From contig CBDBZU010000004.1 of assembly GCA_965213625.1 (NCBI GenBank), forward strand, positions 2,240,001-2,304,000: a DNA stretch of 64,000 bases. The letters run 5' to 3'. A program made the position numbers and the translations under genes. This document shows, in pieces, positions 41,628 to 51,836 of this stretch; position 1 is the first letter of the stretch, and each line of letters begins with the position of its first letter. The notes beneath the pieces were generated by a model. The model saw only the letters and a list, made by a program, of their open reading frames with translations. It ran no database searches and was not told where the DNA came from. This DNA is from a bacterium (lineage in GTDB: Bacteria > UBA8248).

Positions 41628-42865
41628 GCAAACAAGGCGACGTGCTGGTGGGTCTGGACATCGGCACCTCGAAAATCTGTGTGGTCGTGGCCGAAGTGAG
41701 CGAGGACGGTTCCCTTGAAATCGTAGGATTGGGGAAAACCGCCTCGAAAGGGCTCAACCGGGGCTCTGTGGTGAACATCGATCAGACGGTGGAGTCGGTC
41801 CAAACGGCGGTGGGAGAGGCGGAGTTCATCAGCGGCTCGCCCATTCGCTCCGCGTTCGTCGGTGTGGCGGGAGGACACATCCGCAGCTTCAACACGAACG
41901 GCATCGTAGCGATCAAGAGCAAGATCGTGACGCAAGAGGATATCGATCGCGTTGTCGAGCAGGCGCGCGCGGTCACGATGCCGACGGATCACGAAATCAT
42001 CCATGTGCTGCCGCAAGAATATATCGTCGACGATCAGGAGGGCGTCACCGAACCGGCGGGTATGGCGGGCGTTCGCCTGGAGTGCAAGGTTCACGTCGTG
42101 ACGGGGTCCATCCCTGCGATTCAGAACATCACGCGCAGTGTCGAGAGAGCGGGCCTGGTTGTCGAGCGACTGGTTCTTCAGCCCTTCGCCTCATCGCTTG
42201 CTGCGCTGAGCGAAGACGAGCGTGACCTGGGCGTGGCTGTCGTGGACATCGGAAGCGGCACATCGGACGTCGCCGTCGTCAGCGGGGGCGCGCTGCGCTA
42301 TTCGGCCGTCATCCCCGTAGGCGGCAGCCACATCACGAGGGACATGGCGATAGGATTGCGGACGCCGGACTACCAGGCGGAGCGGATCAAGCAGGAACAC
42401 GGCTGCGCCCTGGCCGCCCGGGTATCGAACGACGAGGAGATTGAAGTGCCGAGCGTGGGAGGTCGTCCGCCGCGCGTGCTGAGCCGACAGATGCTCGCCG
42501 AGATCATCGAGCCCCGGATGGAGGAGATATTAACGCTCATCCGCCGCGAGATCCAGAAAAGCGGCATGGAGGATCTCCTGCCCGCGGGCGTCGTGCTCAC
42601 GGGTGGAGCGAGCATCATCGAGGGTATTGAAGAACTGGCGGAGAATGTGCTTCAGCTTCCGGTGAGGCTGGGTATTCCCAGTGGCATTAGCGGGTTGGTG
42701 GATATGGTCAACGGACCCATGTATTCCACCGGCGTGGGCCTCGTGATGTACGCCATGAAAACGGGCGCCTCGAGACGCCGCGGTCTCGGGAACGGAGCAT
42801 CGAATGGCCCGATTCGCCAAACAACACAAAAAATCCGCCATGTTTTGGCTAGCGTATTCAAATGA
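41624..42865 (+). CDS. ftsA: Cell division protein FtsA
   Basis: GLDIGTSK, DIGSGT, AERIK, LTGG. Confidence 0.97.
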   Translation: MSKQGDVLVGLDIGTSKICVVVAEVSEDGSLEIVGLGKTASKGLNRGSVVNIDQTVESVQTAVGEAEFISGSPIRSAFVGVAGGHIRSFNTNGIVAIKSKIVTQEDIDRVVEQARAVTMPTDHEIIHVLPQEYIVDDQEGVTEPAGMAGVRLECKVHVVTGSIPAIQNITRSVERAGLVVERLVLQPFASSLAALSEDERDLGVAVVDIGSGTSDVAVVSGGALRYSAVIPVGGSHITRDMAIGLRTPDYQAERIKQEHGCALAARVSNDEEIEVPSVGGRPPRVLSRQMLAEIIEPRMEEILTLIRREIQKSGMEDLLPAGVVLTGGASIIEGIEELAENVLQLPVRLGIPSGISGLVDMVNGPMYSTGVGLVMYAMKTGASRRRGLGNGASNGPIRQTTQKIRHVLASVFK

Positions 42866-42912
42866 TCGTGAGGGGAGGCGGGAGGCGCTTCCCGGGATCG
42901 AAGGGGGGGAGA

Positions 42913-44061
42913 ATGAGTGATACGACGTTTTTTACACTGGATCAGGAGCCGCCGTGTAGCGCGAGAATCGCGGTTGTCGGCGTAGGAGGCGGCGGCGGAA
43001 ATGCCGTCAACACCATGATCTCCGCGGGCATGGAGGGCGTTCATTTCGTTGCTGCAAACACGGACGCCCAGGTATTGGAGCGCTCTCTGGCGTCCGAGAA
43101 AATCCAACTCGGCCAGGAGTTGACGAACGGACTGGGAGCCGGCGGTAACCCCGATGTCGGTCGGAAAGCCGCCCTGGAAGACACCGAAAGTCTCTCAGAA
43201 TTCATGCAAAACCTGGAGATGGTGTTCGTCACTGCCGGCATGGGCGGTGGCACGGGTACGGGAGCCGCTCCCGTCATCGCGCGAATCGCGAAAGAGGCGG
43301 GCGTGCTGACGGTGGGCGTCGTCACCAAGCCGTTCGACTTCGAGGGGCCACGCCGGATGAATCAGGCCGACGAGGGCATCGGAGAGCTGCGCGACGCCGT
43401 GAATACGCTGATCACCATCCCCAACCAGCGTCTGCTGGGCATGGTCGAGCGTTCCACACCGATGATGGAGGCTTTCCAGAAAGCGAACAACGTCTTGTTG
43501 CAGGCGTGTAAGGGAATTGCCGATCTCATCACCACGCCCGGCCTGATCAATCTCGATTTCGCCGACGTGCGCACCATCATGCGCGACATGGGCGGTAAGG
43601 CGCTCATGGGCAGCGGCACGGGCCAAGGCGAGAATCGCGCCGTCATCGCCGCGCAAAACGCCATCAACTCACCGTTGCTCGAGGAAGGGACCATCGAGGG
43701 CTCCCGGGGCGTGCTCATCAACATCACCGGCGGTCAGGATCTCTCGCTATACGAGGTGAACGAGGCATGCAGGCTCGTGCATGAGAAAGCGCACCAGGAA
43801 GCCAACATCATTTTCGGTTCGGTGATTGACCCGAACCTGGACAACCAGATTCGCGTGACGGTAATCGCGACGGGCTTTGGACGGGAGTCTATCCGCGAAG
43901 TCCCCCCCCTGGAATCGGAAGCCACGGGCACCGAGGGCGGAAAAATATCGGTACCCGCGTATATCCGCCTGAAAAACACAAAGACGCCATCCGGTGTCCC
44001 GGATAATCTGGAGGATGACGATCTGGACGTGCCCACTTTCCTGCGCAAGCAGGTTGACTAA
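42913..44061 (+). CDS. ftsZ: Cell division protein FtsZ
   Basis: GVGGGGGNAV, AGMGGGTGTG, NLDFAD, C-terminal LDVPTFLRKQ. Confidence 0.98.
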   Translation: MSDTTFFTLDQEPPCSARIAVVGVGGGGGNAVNTMISAGMEGVHFVAANTDAQVLERSLASEKIQLGQELTNGLGAGGNPDVGRKAALEDTESLSEFMQNLEMVFVTAGMGGGTGTGAAPVIARIAKEAGVLTVGVVTKPFDFEGPRRMNQADEGIGELRDAVNTLITIPNQRLLGMVERSTPMMEAFQKANNVLLQACKGIADLITTPGLINLDFADVRTIMRDMGGKALMGSGTGQGENRAVIAAQNAINSPLLEEGTIEGSRGVLINITGGQDLSLYEVNEACRLVHEKAHQEANIIFGSVIDPNLDNQIRVTVIATGFGRESIREVPPLESEATGTEGGKISVPAYIRLKNTKTPSGVPDNLEDDDLDVPTFLRKQVD

Positions 44062-44070
44062 CCCCCCCCA

Positions 44071-44152
44071 CGTCGTCTGGCGGAGGGTGCCTCCCTCGCG
44101 CCAGACGACGCATTCCCCATGGACGCGACTGGGGGAGAGCATTCTCCCCCAG
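44071..44152. repeat. Two GC-rich hairpins after ftsZ
   Basis: CGTCGTCTGGCG..CGCCAGACGACG (44071-44110) and CTGGGGGAGA-GCAT-TCTCCCCCAG (44129-44152). Confidence 0.6.
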
Positions 44153-44280
44153 CCCCGCCTTTCTCGAGAGCACAGGCCTGTTTCTTGTGGCGTCATGGTC
44201 CTCTCTTTATAATGAGAGCGGAGCCAGGGAGTTTATGCAGAGGTGTTCGATGATTTCTCGTTGTCCGGAATGGGTTGCGA

Positions 44281-45078
44281 ATGAGTTCTTTGGAATGCCA
44301 CGAATCCGGCGGCGTTGAATTTTTCAGATCACCCTTGCTGGAAGAACCCGGTTTCGCGCGTCATGGGTTCAGCACCCGAAGGGGAGGGGTGAGCGAGGGC
44401 CGATTCCGTTCCCTCAACCTCGGGCGCGCCAAGGGTGAAGCTCCCGAAAACGTAGCGGAAAACAGAAGACGCTTCTTTGAGGCCACCGATTTTACGGCGG
44501 GACGCCTGGTGGAAGTAAAACAGGTGCACGGGCGCGACGTTCTCGTGGCCGAGCGCGTATCCCCTGGTGAAAAAGCGTGCGGCGACGCCCTGATCACAAA
44601 CGTCTCCGGCTTAGGCGTAGCGGTCCAGACGGCGGATTGCATTCCCGTGCTCATCGCAGACGCGCGGAAAACGGCCGTTGCCGTCGTGCATGCGGGACGC
44701 AAGGGGGTGGCCGGCGGCGTTTTGTCCGTGACCATCGAGCGGATGCGGGAGGAATACGGCTGCGATCCCAGGGATATGCGTGCCGCTATGGGTCCCGCCA
44801 TTTCCGGGAATCGCTACGAGGTGGGCGAGGAGTGCCTGCCGCCATTTCGCGAACGGCACCGGAACTGGAGAGAATTCGCCACGCCCCTGGGGCGGGACAA
44901 GTGGCTGCTGGACCTCCCCCTGGCGGCGAGGCTACAGTTGGCCTCGGCGGGGATTCCCGAAGACCGGATTGGCGCGCCGGGGCCTTGCACGTTTTCTGAG
45001 TCATCGAAGTTTTTCTCCTACCGCCGCGACGGGCCTCAGACGGGGCGACTGTTGTCGGTCGTCTGGATAGGAGCATGA
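44281..45078 (+). CDS. pgeF: Peptidoglycan editing factor PgeF (YfiH)
   Basis: FSTRRGGVS, QVHG, TADCIPV, HAG, FFSYRR. Confidence 0.93.
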   Translation: MSSLECHESGGVEFFRSPLLEEPGFARHGFSTRRGGVSEGRFRSLNLGRAKGEAPENVAENRRRFFEATDFTAGRLVEVKQVHGRDVLVAERVSPGEKACGDALITNVSGLGVAVQTADCIPVLIADARKTAVAVVHAGRKGVAGGVLSVTIERMREEYGCDPRDMRAAMGPAISGNRYEVGEECLPPFRERHRNWREFATPLGRDKWLLDLPLAARLQLASAGIPEDRIGAPGPCTFSESSKFFSYRRDGPQTGRLLSVVWIGA

Positions 45079-45791
45079 GGAATACGGTGAGTGAAGTTGG
45101 GCAGCGATACGAGATGGTAAAAGGGCGCGTGGCGGATGCGGCCATCGCCTGTGGCCGGAATCCGGATGAAATTCGCCTATTGGCCGTAAGCAAGACCCAG
45201 CCTCCCGAACGCGTGGTCGAAGCCATCGAGGCGGGCGTCGACATCATCGGGGAGAACCGGGTGCAGGAAGCCCAGCGCAAGAGGGACGAAATCGACCCGG
45301 AAATCGCGGGCAGGGCGAGATGGCACCTCATCGGCAGCCTGCAAAGGAACAAGGCCCGCGCCGTGCCCGGACTGTTCAACGTGGTGGAATCGCTCGATTC
45401 CCTCGCCCTGGCGCGCGAGTTGAACAAGCGCGCCGATAGCGCGGGGGAAGGCCCCCTGGACGTGTTCATACAGGTCAATACCGGGGAAGAAGCCCAGAAG
45501 GGAGGGGTTGCCCCGGCGGATGTGATGACGCTCATACAAGAGGCGTCTGCCCTGGAAGCCCTGCGGATGGTCGGCTTGATGTGCATCCCTCCGCTGGGCC
45601 GGGAGGCGGAGGAGAGTCGCCCCCATTTCGAGTGTTTAAGAAGATTGAGGGATGAAGCCCAGGACGCCGGCTTCGCCCACGTCAAAGAGTTGTCGATGGG
45701 AATGTCGAACGACTTTGAAATTGCGATAACCGAGGGAGCGACGCTCGTCCGCATCGGCACGGCCATATTCGGGCCGAGAGAAACGAACTGA
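45075..45791 (+). CDS. yggS: PLP homeostasis protein
   Basis: LAVSK, GENRVQE, WHLIGSLQRNK, LSMGMS, VRIGT. Confidence 0.96.
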   Translation: MRNTVSEVGQRYEMVKGRVADAAIACGRNPDEIRLLAVSKTQPPERVVEAIEAGVDIIGENRVQEAQRKRDEIDPEIAGRARWHLIGSLQRNKARAVPGLFNVVESLDSLALARELNKRADSAGEGPLDVFIQVNTGEEAQKGGVAPADVMTLIQEASALEALRMVGLMCIPPLGREAEESRPHFECLRRLRDEAQDAGFAHVKELSMGMSNDFEIAITEGATLVRIGTAIFGPRETN

Positions 45792-45884
45792 ACTGAATTT
45801 GAATCAGGTCAATCATTTCAGTAGGATGGGCCAGCCCCGGCGTTCGGGGCGGTTTCGAACCCACACGCGGAAGGTGCTTGGAAT

Positions 45885-46691
45885 ATGGCGGAAATCCTTG
45901 TAGTCGGTGGCGGCAACATGGGCGAGGCGCTCGCCATGGGAATGGTGAATTCCGACTATGCGAAAGTCGAAGACATCGTTATCGCGGAGCCTCTGGCCGA
46001 GCGCGCCGAATATCTCAGGCAAACATCGGGGTTCCGTGTGGTGGCCGATGGGGCGGAGGCGGCTCCCGATGCGCAAAGTGTGGTGATCGCCGTGAAGCCG
46101 CAGGTGCTGGACATCGTTCTTGGTGGACTGAAAGACGCCCTGTCGCACCGCCCGCTCCTGATTTCCGTCGCCGCAGGCGCGCCCACACGCCGGTTTACGG
46201 GAATTTTGGGCGATGAGGCGCGCATCGTCCGCGTCATGCCGAACACGCCCGCTCTTGTTGGGGAAGGCGCCGCGGGGTTGTGCGCCGGTGGAGGGGCGTC
46301 GGAGGCGGATCTATCGCAAGCGAAACAGCTTCTGGAGTCCGTGGGTAAGGCGGTTGTTCTGCCCGAGTCGTTGATGGACGCCGTGACGGGTTTGTCCGGC
46401 AGCGGTCCTGCGTACGTCTTTCAGTTCATCGAAGCTCTGGCCGACGGCGGGGTGAGGGCGGGTCTGCCGCGCGAGGATGCGATGCTGCTGGCGACCCAAA
46501 CCGTTTTGGGCTCCGCAAAGATGCTGCTCGAGACGGGGGAGCACCCGGGCCGCCTGAAGGACATGGTGGCTTCGCCCGGGGGAACGACCATCGCCGGTTT
46601 GCATGCGCTCGAAAACGGGGGGTTGCGCTCCGCCGTGATGAACGCCGTGAACGACGCCGCACGCAGGAGCGAAGAACTGGGACGTGGTTAG
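45885..46691 (+). CDS. proC: Pyrroline-5-carboxylate reductase
   Basis: GGGNMG, AVKPQ, RVMPNTP, SGSGPAY, SPGGTT. Confidence 0.97.
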   Translation: MAEILVVGGGNMGEALAMGMVNSDYAKVEDIVIAEPLAERAEYLRQTSGFRVVADGAEAAPDAQSVVIAVKPQVLDIVLGGLKDALSHRPLLISVAAGAPTRRFTGILGDEARIVRVMPNTPALVGEGAAGLCAGGGASEADLSQAKQLLESVGKAVVLPESLMDAVTGLSGSGPAYVFQFIEALADGGVRAGLPREDAMLLATQTVLGSAKMLLETGEHPGRLKDMVASPGGTTIAGLHALENGGLRSAVMNAVNDAARRSEELGRG

Positions 46692-46718
46692 ACCGTTTTA
46701 TCAAACGAGGGTTCGGCA

Positions 46719-47015
46719 GTGTTCTTGATATCGAATTTCATGAACGGGATCGGCGTTATTCTGAGCTATCTGCTCACCATCTACATCTGGATTATCATCA
46801 TTCGCGCGCTCTTGTCGTGGGTGAATCCCGACCCCTACAACCCGATAGTCCAGATATTGTACCGCCTGACGGAGCCGGTGCTGGCCCCGGTGCGGCACCG
46901 GATGCCGGACATCGGAGGCATCGATGCGAGTCCGATTGTGGTGTTATTGATCATATTCTTTTTGCAAAGTTTTCTGGTACAGAGTATCTTTGACCTGGCA
47001 AGCATGCTGCGTTGA
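46719..47015 (+). CDS. yggT: YggT family membrane protein
   Basis: LSWVNPDPYNP, TEPVLAP.R, GIDASP. Confidence 0.92.
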   Translation: MFLISNFMNGIGVILSYLLTIYIWIIIIRALLSWVNPDPYNPIVQILYRLTEPVLAPVRHRMPDIGGIDASPIVVLLIIFFLQSFLVQSIFDLASMLR

Positions 47016-47036
47016 TTTTCACCTGGGGGGGTGAGG

Positions 47037-47612
47037 ATGAAGTTTACCGGCAATGACGTCCGGAGCCATAGTTTTTCGAACAAAATGAGGGGCTACGATC
47101 GGCTCGAAGTCGATGCGTTCCTGTTCAAGGTGGCCGACTGGCTGGATCAGTCGGTACGGAAGAACGAACAACTCAGCCTGCAATGCAAGGACCTCTTTGA
47201 GCAGTACAATGGTCTGAGAGAAGAACACGCTAATCTCCAGAAAATCCTCATCTCCGTGAACGAACTCAGGGACCAGGCCACGGCCAAGTCCGGTGAATTG
47301 GTGGAAAAAGCGGAAACCGACGCCGAGGGACTCATCAAAGAAGCCGAAGCCGAGGCCGAGAAGATTCGCGCGAAAGCCGAAAAGGATATTGAAAAACTGC
47401 GCGAGGAGATCGAGAGTTTAACGGAGCGGAGGGAGACACTGCTCATGGAAATGTACGAGACGTTCCTCTCCCAGATTCAGGTACTCGAAGTCCAAGGTGT
47501 CCGCATGGGAGTCGACCTCGCCCGCCTCCATGAGGAAAGCGAAGAGGACCCTGACGAAGAAACCGAAAACGTCATCAAGCTGAACCAAAAAGCGGAGGGC
47601 GATGCGTCGTGA
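47037..47612 (+). CDS. divIVA: DivIVA domain protein
   Basis: F...MRGYD..EVDAFL followed by a coiled coil. Confidence 0.85.
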   Translation: MKFTGNDVRSHSFSNKMRGYDRLEVDAFLFKVADWLDQSVRKNEQLSLQCKDLFEQYNGLREEHANLQKILISVNELRDQATAKSGELVEKAETDAEGLIKEAEAEAEKIRAKAEKDIEKLREEIESLTERRETLLMEMYETFLSQIQVLEVQGVRMGVDLARLHEESEEDPDEETENVIKLNQKAEGDAS

Positions 47613-47902
47613 TCGGCCTCCGCGAGGAGGCGGACGGCGTCAGCTTTGAGGTTCGGGTCCAACCGCGCTCATCCAAAACGGAAATCACCGGAGTTCAAGA
47701 CGGCGCCCTGAGGGTGCGGCTGACGGCGCCGCCCGTGGACGGAGCCGCCAACAAGCAGTGCATCGAGTTGCTCTCCCGTAAAATGAAGATACCGAAGCGC
47801 GACATACGCATCGCCTCGGGCGCGGGCGCGCGCAGGAAGCGCCTGAAAGTCTTTGGCATGGGCATCGAAGAGGCGAAGAATATTCTGAGGGCCATGGCGT
47901 AA
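47609..47902 (+). CDS. yggU: DUF167 / YggU family protein
   Basis: VRVQPRSS, APPVDGAAN. Confidence 0.9.
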   Translation: MIGLREEADGVSFEVRVQPRSSKTEITGVQDGALRVRLTAPPVDGAANKQCIELLSRKMKIPKRDIRIASGAGARRKRLKVFGMGIEEAKNILRAMA

Positions 47903-47925
47903 GTAGCCACGCGTTCGCACGAAGC

Positions 47926-49002
47926 ATGAACGAGAGAATCCGAATGGGCGGAACGAAAGAAATTGAGGGAAATTTTCACAGCATAGCGTTTCGAGGGGGC
48001 GCGCTCGTTCTTCTCGATCAGCGGAAACTGCCCCGCGAAGAGGTGTATCTCGAATGCCGCACGGAAAAGGAAGTGGCCGAGGCGGTCAAGACCATGGTGG
48101 TGCGCGGCGCGCCCGCCATCGGGATAGCGGCTGCTTATGGCATCGCCCTGGCCGCCGCCCGCCACGCGGGTTCAGGCGACGATGCGCAGCGCGAGGCGCT
48201 CGAGCGGGCGGCCCGGACCCTGGGCGCCACGCGCCCCACGGCGGTCAATCTCTTCTGGGCGATTGAAAAAATGATGGCGCACGTCGACGAAAGCGACTCG
48301 GCGCCCGAAGCGCTGGCCGAAGAACTCCTCCGCCTGGCGAAGGAAATGCACGAGGAGGACGTGGAAAATTGCCGCCGGATAGGCGACTTGGGCGCAGTTC
48401 TATTGCCGGAGGGGAGCAGCGTCCTCACCCACTGCAACGCAGGCGCGCTTGCGACCGCCGGCTACGGCACGGCGGGCGGCGTGATACGCAGCGGCTTCCG
48501 GGACGGACGGGTGCGGGAGGTGTTCGTGGACGAGACGAGACCCTTCCTGCAGGGCGCGCGCCTCACCGCCTGGGAGTTGAGCCGCGACGGCATTCCGGTC
48601 GTGCTCATCACCGACAACATGGCCGCGCATTGCATGAGCCTGGGGAGAATCGACGCTATAGTGGTAGGCGCGGACCGCGTGGCCGCAAATGGGGACGTCG
48701 CCAATAAAATCGGAACCTATGGCCTCGCGGTGCTCGCCAGGGAGCACGGGGTGCCCTTTTATGTGGCGGCGCCGACGAGCACCGTCGACATGGAGGCGAA
48801 AAGCGGCGCGGACATACCCATCGAGGAGCGGCCCGAGGAGGAAGTTCGCTCCTTCGGCGGCCAACCCGTCGCGCCCGAGGGGGTAAGCGTTTTCAACCCC
48901 GCTTTCGACGTGACGCCCGCGCGTTTCGTGGACGCCCTCGTGACGGAGCGGGGGGTGGTGCGCCTCGCAGAAGGGGAGACTCTCGACTCGATACCGGGTT
49001 GA
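47926..49002 (+). CDS. mtnA: Methylthioribose-1-phosphate isomerase
   Basis: LDQRKLP, VRGAPAIG, RPTAVNL, THCNAGALAT, ETRP..QG.RLT, NPAFD. Confidence 0.96.
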   Translation: MNERIRMGGTKEIEGNFHSIAFRGGALVLLDQRKLPREEVYLECRTEKEVAEAVKTMVVRGAPAIGIAAAYGIALAAARHAGSGDDAQREALERAARTLGATRPTAVNLFWAIEKMMAHVDESDSAPEALAEELLRLAKEMHEEDVENCRRIGDLGAVLLPEGSSVLTHCNAGALATAGYGTAGGVIRSGFRDGRVREVFVDETRPFLQGARLTAWELSRDGIPVVLITDNMAAHCMSLGRIDAIVVGADRVAANGDVANKIGTYGLAVLAREHGVPFYVAAPTSTVDMEAKSGADIPIEERPEEEVRSFGGQPVAPEGVSVFNPAFDVTPARFVDALVTERGVVRLAEGETLDSIPG

Positions 49003-49064
49003 GCGGTATTCAGTGCAACGGAAGTCAGGTTTGCCGTTTCAAGGCGAGATGTAGACTGCTCGTG

Positions 49065-49094
49065 TTGACTTCCGGCACGCGTGCGGGCTATAAA
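49065..49094 (+). promoter_or_regulatory. Putative sigma70 promoter for tRNA-Asp
   Basis: TTGACT-18 bp-TATAAA about 40 bp upstream of the tRNA. Confidence 0.6.
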
Positions 49095-49133
49095 CCGACA
49101 TTCTTCGGGCGGCTTTGAAGAGCTTTTTTCATG

Positions 49134-49211
49134 GGGGCTGTAGCGAAGTTTGGTTATCGCGCTGGCCTGTCAAGCCAGAGATCGCGGGTTCGAGTCCCGT
49201 CAGCCCCGCCA
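49134..49211 (+). tRNA. tRNA-Asp (GTC)
   Basis: GGGGCTG/CAGCCCC acceptor stem, CTGGC-CT-GTC-AA-GCCAG anticodon arm, GGTTCGAGTCC, G-CCA end. Confidence 0.96.
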
Positions 49212-49524
49212 CCTTCAACTCCGCTCAGAATCTTCGCCTTTCAAGACTATACAGGCGAATATGCCGCTCATTCTCATGCCGACGTCAGAATTCGGGCGAG
49301 CTTTGGTTTTCGGCGGGGTGTTGGTGTATAGTAAATTTTAATGTATTCAATTTATTTTATTGATAGATGAATTTTCGCTTTCCTACATCATAAGCGAATC
49401 TCTCATGATTTACCGGCGTATGGTTTGATCTGTGTCGATGGTATGTCGACGCCGTAAAGCTTTGCGTCTTTTTGCAACTCCTTGGGTCGTCTCAAGGAAG
49501 TCTTCTATTTCGAGGAGAAACGGA

Positions 49525-50514
49525 ATGAAAAGGTTTGTTGGTTTCGCACTGGCCGCCGCGTTCGTAGTGGGTACGTTCGTGGTGGTCGCACCGGCCGAAT
49601 CGGCGACGCTGCGAATCGGCGCGCACCGCTCCATGTGGGGTTCTTTCGAGATTATCGCCGACCGCATGGGTTACTGGAAGAAAGAAGGGCTGAAGTACAA
49701 GGTAGGTCACTTCAAGCAGGGCAAACTGATGCGCAACGCCATCATCCAGGACAACCTGGATACAGGCACCACGGGTTTCTCGCCCTTCACCACGGCGATC
49801 TCCAAGGGCGCGCGTGTGACGGCCATCGGCGTGACGGCGAACATCTGTGAAGCCATCAACATCATCGTGCCCGTGAAGTCGAAGGCGAAAAGCCTCAAGG
49901 ACCTCAAAGGCTCGGTGTTCGCCAACAAGAAAGGCACGAGCACGGACTTCTCCTTCCAGGCCTTCGTCCTTCCCGCGTATGGCATGAAAAGCTCCGATTT
50001 TCCGCTCCTGAGCGTCCGCGCCACCGAGCGCATCGCCGCGCTGATCTCCGGCGCCGCCCAGGCGGGCATGGTAGGCGAGCCGCAGGGTGAAATCGCCCGT
50101 GAGGCCGGATACGTCCGCTATCTGGAAAATCTGTGCGCATACGACAACCCGAGCATGATGCACGTGGGCAACCCCCAGACCATGAAGAAACACCCCGACC
50201 TCTACTACAAATACTTCCGGGGCTGGCTGAAGGCCCACAAGTTGCTGAAAGAAGACCCTGCGAAGTACGCCAAGGTCTATACCAAAGCGTTGCTGGAAGT
50301 CGGCGACAAGGCCAAAGAGAGCACCACGCTCAAGGTCGTGAAGAAGATCAAATCCGAGCTTTTCCTGAGCGATCGCGTGAAGAATTACCTGAACAAGATG
50401 GGCGACAAGCAAATCGAGTTCGGCTGGATCAAGAGCCGCCCCGATTTCAGAAAGAGCCCGTGGCTGGATGACTCCATCCTCCGCAAGGCCGCGAAGGACA
50501 TCGGCTTCAACTAG
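49525..50514 (+). CDS. ABC substrate-binding protein, NitT/TauT (SsuA/THI5-like), paralog 1
   Basis: Signal peptide, SLKDLKG..GTS motif; TauBC-like genes nearby. Confidence 0.82.
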   Translation: MKRFVGFALAAAFVVGTFVVVAPAESATLRIGAHRSMWGSFEIIADRMGYWKKEGLKYKVGHFKQGKLMRNAIIQDNLDTGTTGFSPFTTAISKGARVTAIGVTANICEAINIIVPVKSKAKSLKDLKGSVFANKKGTSTDFSFQAFVLPAYGMKSSDFPLLSVRATERIAALISGAAQAGMVGEPQGEIAREAGYVRYLENLCAYDNPSMMHVGNPQTMKKHPDLYYKYFRGWLKAHKLLKEDPAKYAKVYTKALLEVGDKAKESTTLKVVKKIKSELFLSDRVKNYLNKMGDKQIEFGWIKSRPDFRKSPWLDDSILRKAAKDIGFN

Positions 50515-50540
50515 GCGACACGTACGCAAGACGCAAAACG

Positions 50541-50579
50541 AAAGCCCCCGGGAGTATCCGATCCCGGGGGCTTTTTTTT
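50541..50579 (+). terminator. Rho-independent terminator
   Basis: AAAGCCCCCGGGA..TCCCGGGGGC followed by T8. Confidence 0.85.
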
Positions 50580-50823
50580 GAATCCTCACTGCATGTTGTA
50601 TTTTTCCCGTAATTTGTATAATAAATATAATATCTACATGAATCTGGAACTTGTTTGGGGCTGAATCTCTCTTTTCACAGTTTGAGAGGGGGGCATCGAA
50701 CCAATGGCGGATGGGTTTCCGGCGTCGGGGATATCCTTGCGCCGCAATCCTTGTGTTTTCCTGTAACGTGTAACGCTTTTGTCTATCCATGGAAGTCTTC
50801 ATTCACTCGAAGGAGGAGCAAGC

Positions 50824-51813
50824 ATGAAAAAACTTGTTGGTTTCATACTGGCCGCCGCGTTCGTAGTGGGTACGTTCGTGGTGGTTGCGCCCGCCGAATC
50901 GGCGACGCTGCGCATCGGCGCGCACCGGGCCCTGATGGGGTCTTTCGAGGTCGTCGCCCACCGCATGGACTACTGGAAGAAAGAGGGCTTAAAGTACACG
51001 ATGAGCCACTTCAAGCAGGGCAAACTGATGCGCAACGCCATCATCCAGGACAACCTGGATACAGGCACCACGGGCTTCTCTCCCTTCACCACGGCGATTT
51101 CCAAAGGCGCCAGGATAACGGCCATCGGGGTGACGGCGAACATCTGCGGCATGGTCGCCATTATCGTGCCCGCGAAATCGAAGGCCAAGAGCCTGAAGGA
51201 CCTCAAGGGTTCGGTGTTCGCCAACAAGAAGGGCACGAGCACGGACTTCGCGTTTCAGTTCTACGTCGTTCCCGCACATGGCCTGAAACGCTCGGATTTC
51301 CCGCTTCTGAGTGTCCGCACCACAGAGCGCATCGCCGCGCTGGTATCCGGCGCCGCCCAGGCGGCCATGGTCGGAGAGCCGCAGGGTGAAATCGCCCGGG
51401 AGCAGGGCCTGATTCGCTATCTCGAGGATCTGTGCAAATACGACAACACGAGAATGATGCACGTGGGCAACCCCCAGACCATCAAGAAGCACCCCGAGCT
51501 CTATTACAAGTACTTCAGGGGCTGGCTGAAGGCGCACCAGTTGCTCAAGAATGACCCCGAGACCTACGCCAAGGTCTACACCAGGGCGCTGCAGGAAGTC
51601 GGCGACAAAGCCAAGGAGAGCACCACTCTCAAGGTCGTTAAAAAGCTCAAGACGGAGGTTTTCCTGAGCGACGAGGTGAAGAAATACCTGAACGACATGG
51701 GCGACAAGCAGATCCAGCTCGGCTGGATCAAGAGCCGCCCCGACTTCACCAAGAGTCCGCACCTGGATGACTCCATCCTCCGCAGGGCCGCGAAGGACAT
51801 CGGCTTCAACTAG
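50824..51813 (+). CDS. ABC substrate-binding protein, paralog 2
   Basis: Same length as and colinear with paralog 1, with long identical stretches. Confidence 0.82.
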   Translation: MKKLVGFILAAAFVVGTFVVVAPAESATLRIGAHRALMGSFEVVAHRMDYWKKEGLKYTMSHFKQGKLMRNAIIQDNLDTGTTGFSPFTTAISKGARITAIGVTANICGMVAIIVPAKSKAKSLKDLKGSVFANKKGTSTDFAFQFYVVPAHGLKRSDFPLLSVRTTERIAALVSGAAQAAMVGEPQGEIAREQGLIRYLEDLCKYDNTRMMHVGNPQTIKKHPELYYKYFRGWLKAHQLLKNDPETYAKVYTRALQEVGDKAKESTTLKVVKKLKTEVFLSDEVKKYLNDMGDKQIQLGWIKSRPDFTKSPHLDDSILRRAAKDIGFN

Positions 51814-51836
51814 GCGGACAGACAAGACGCAACAGA

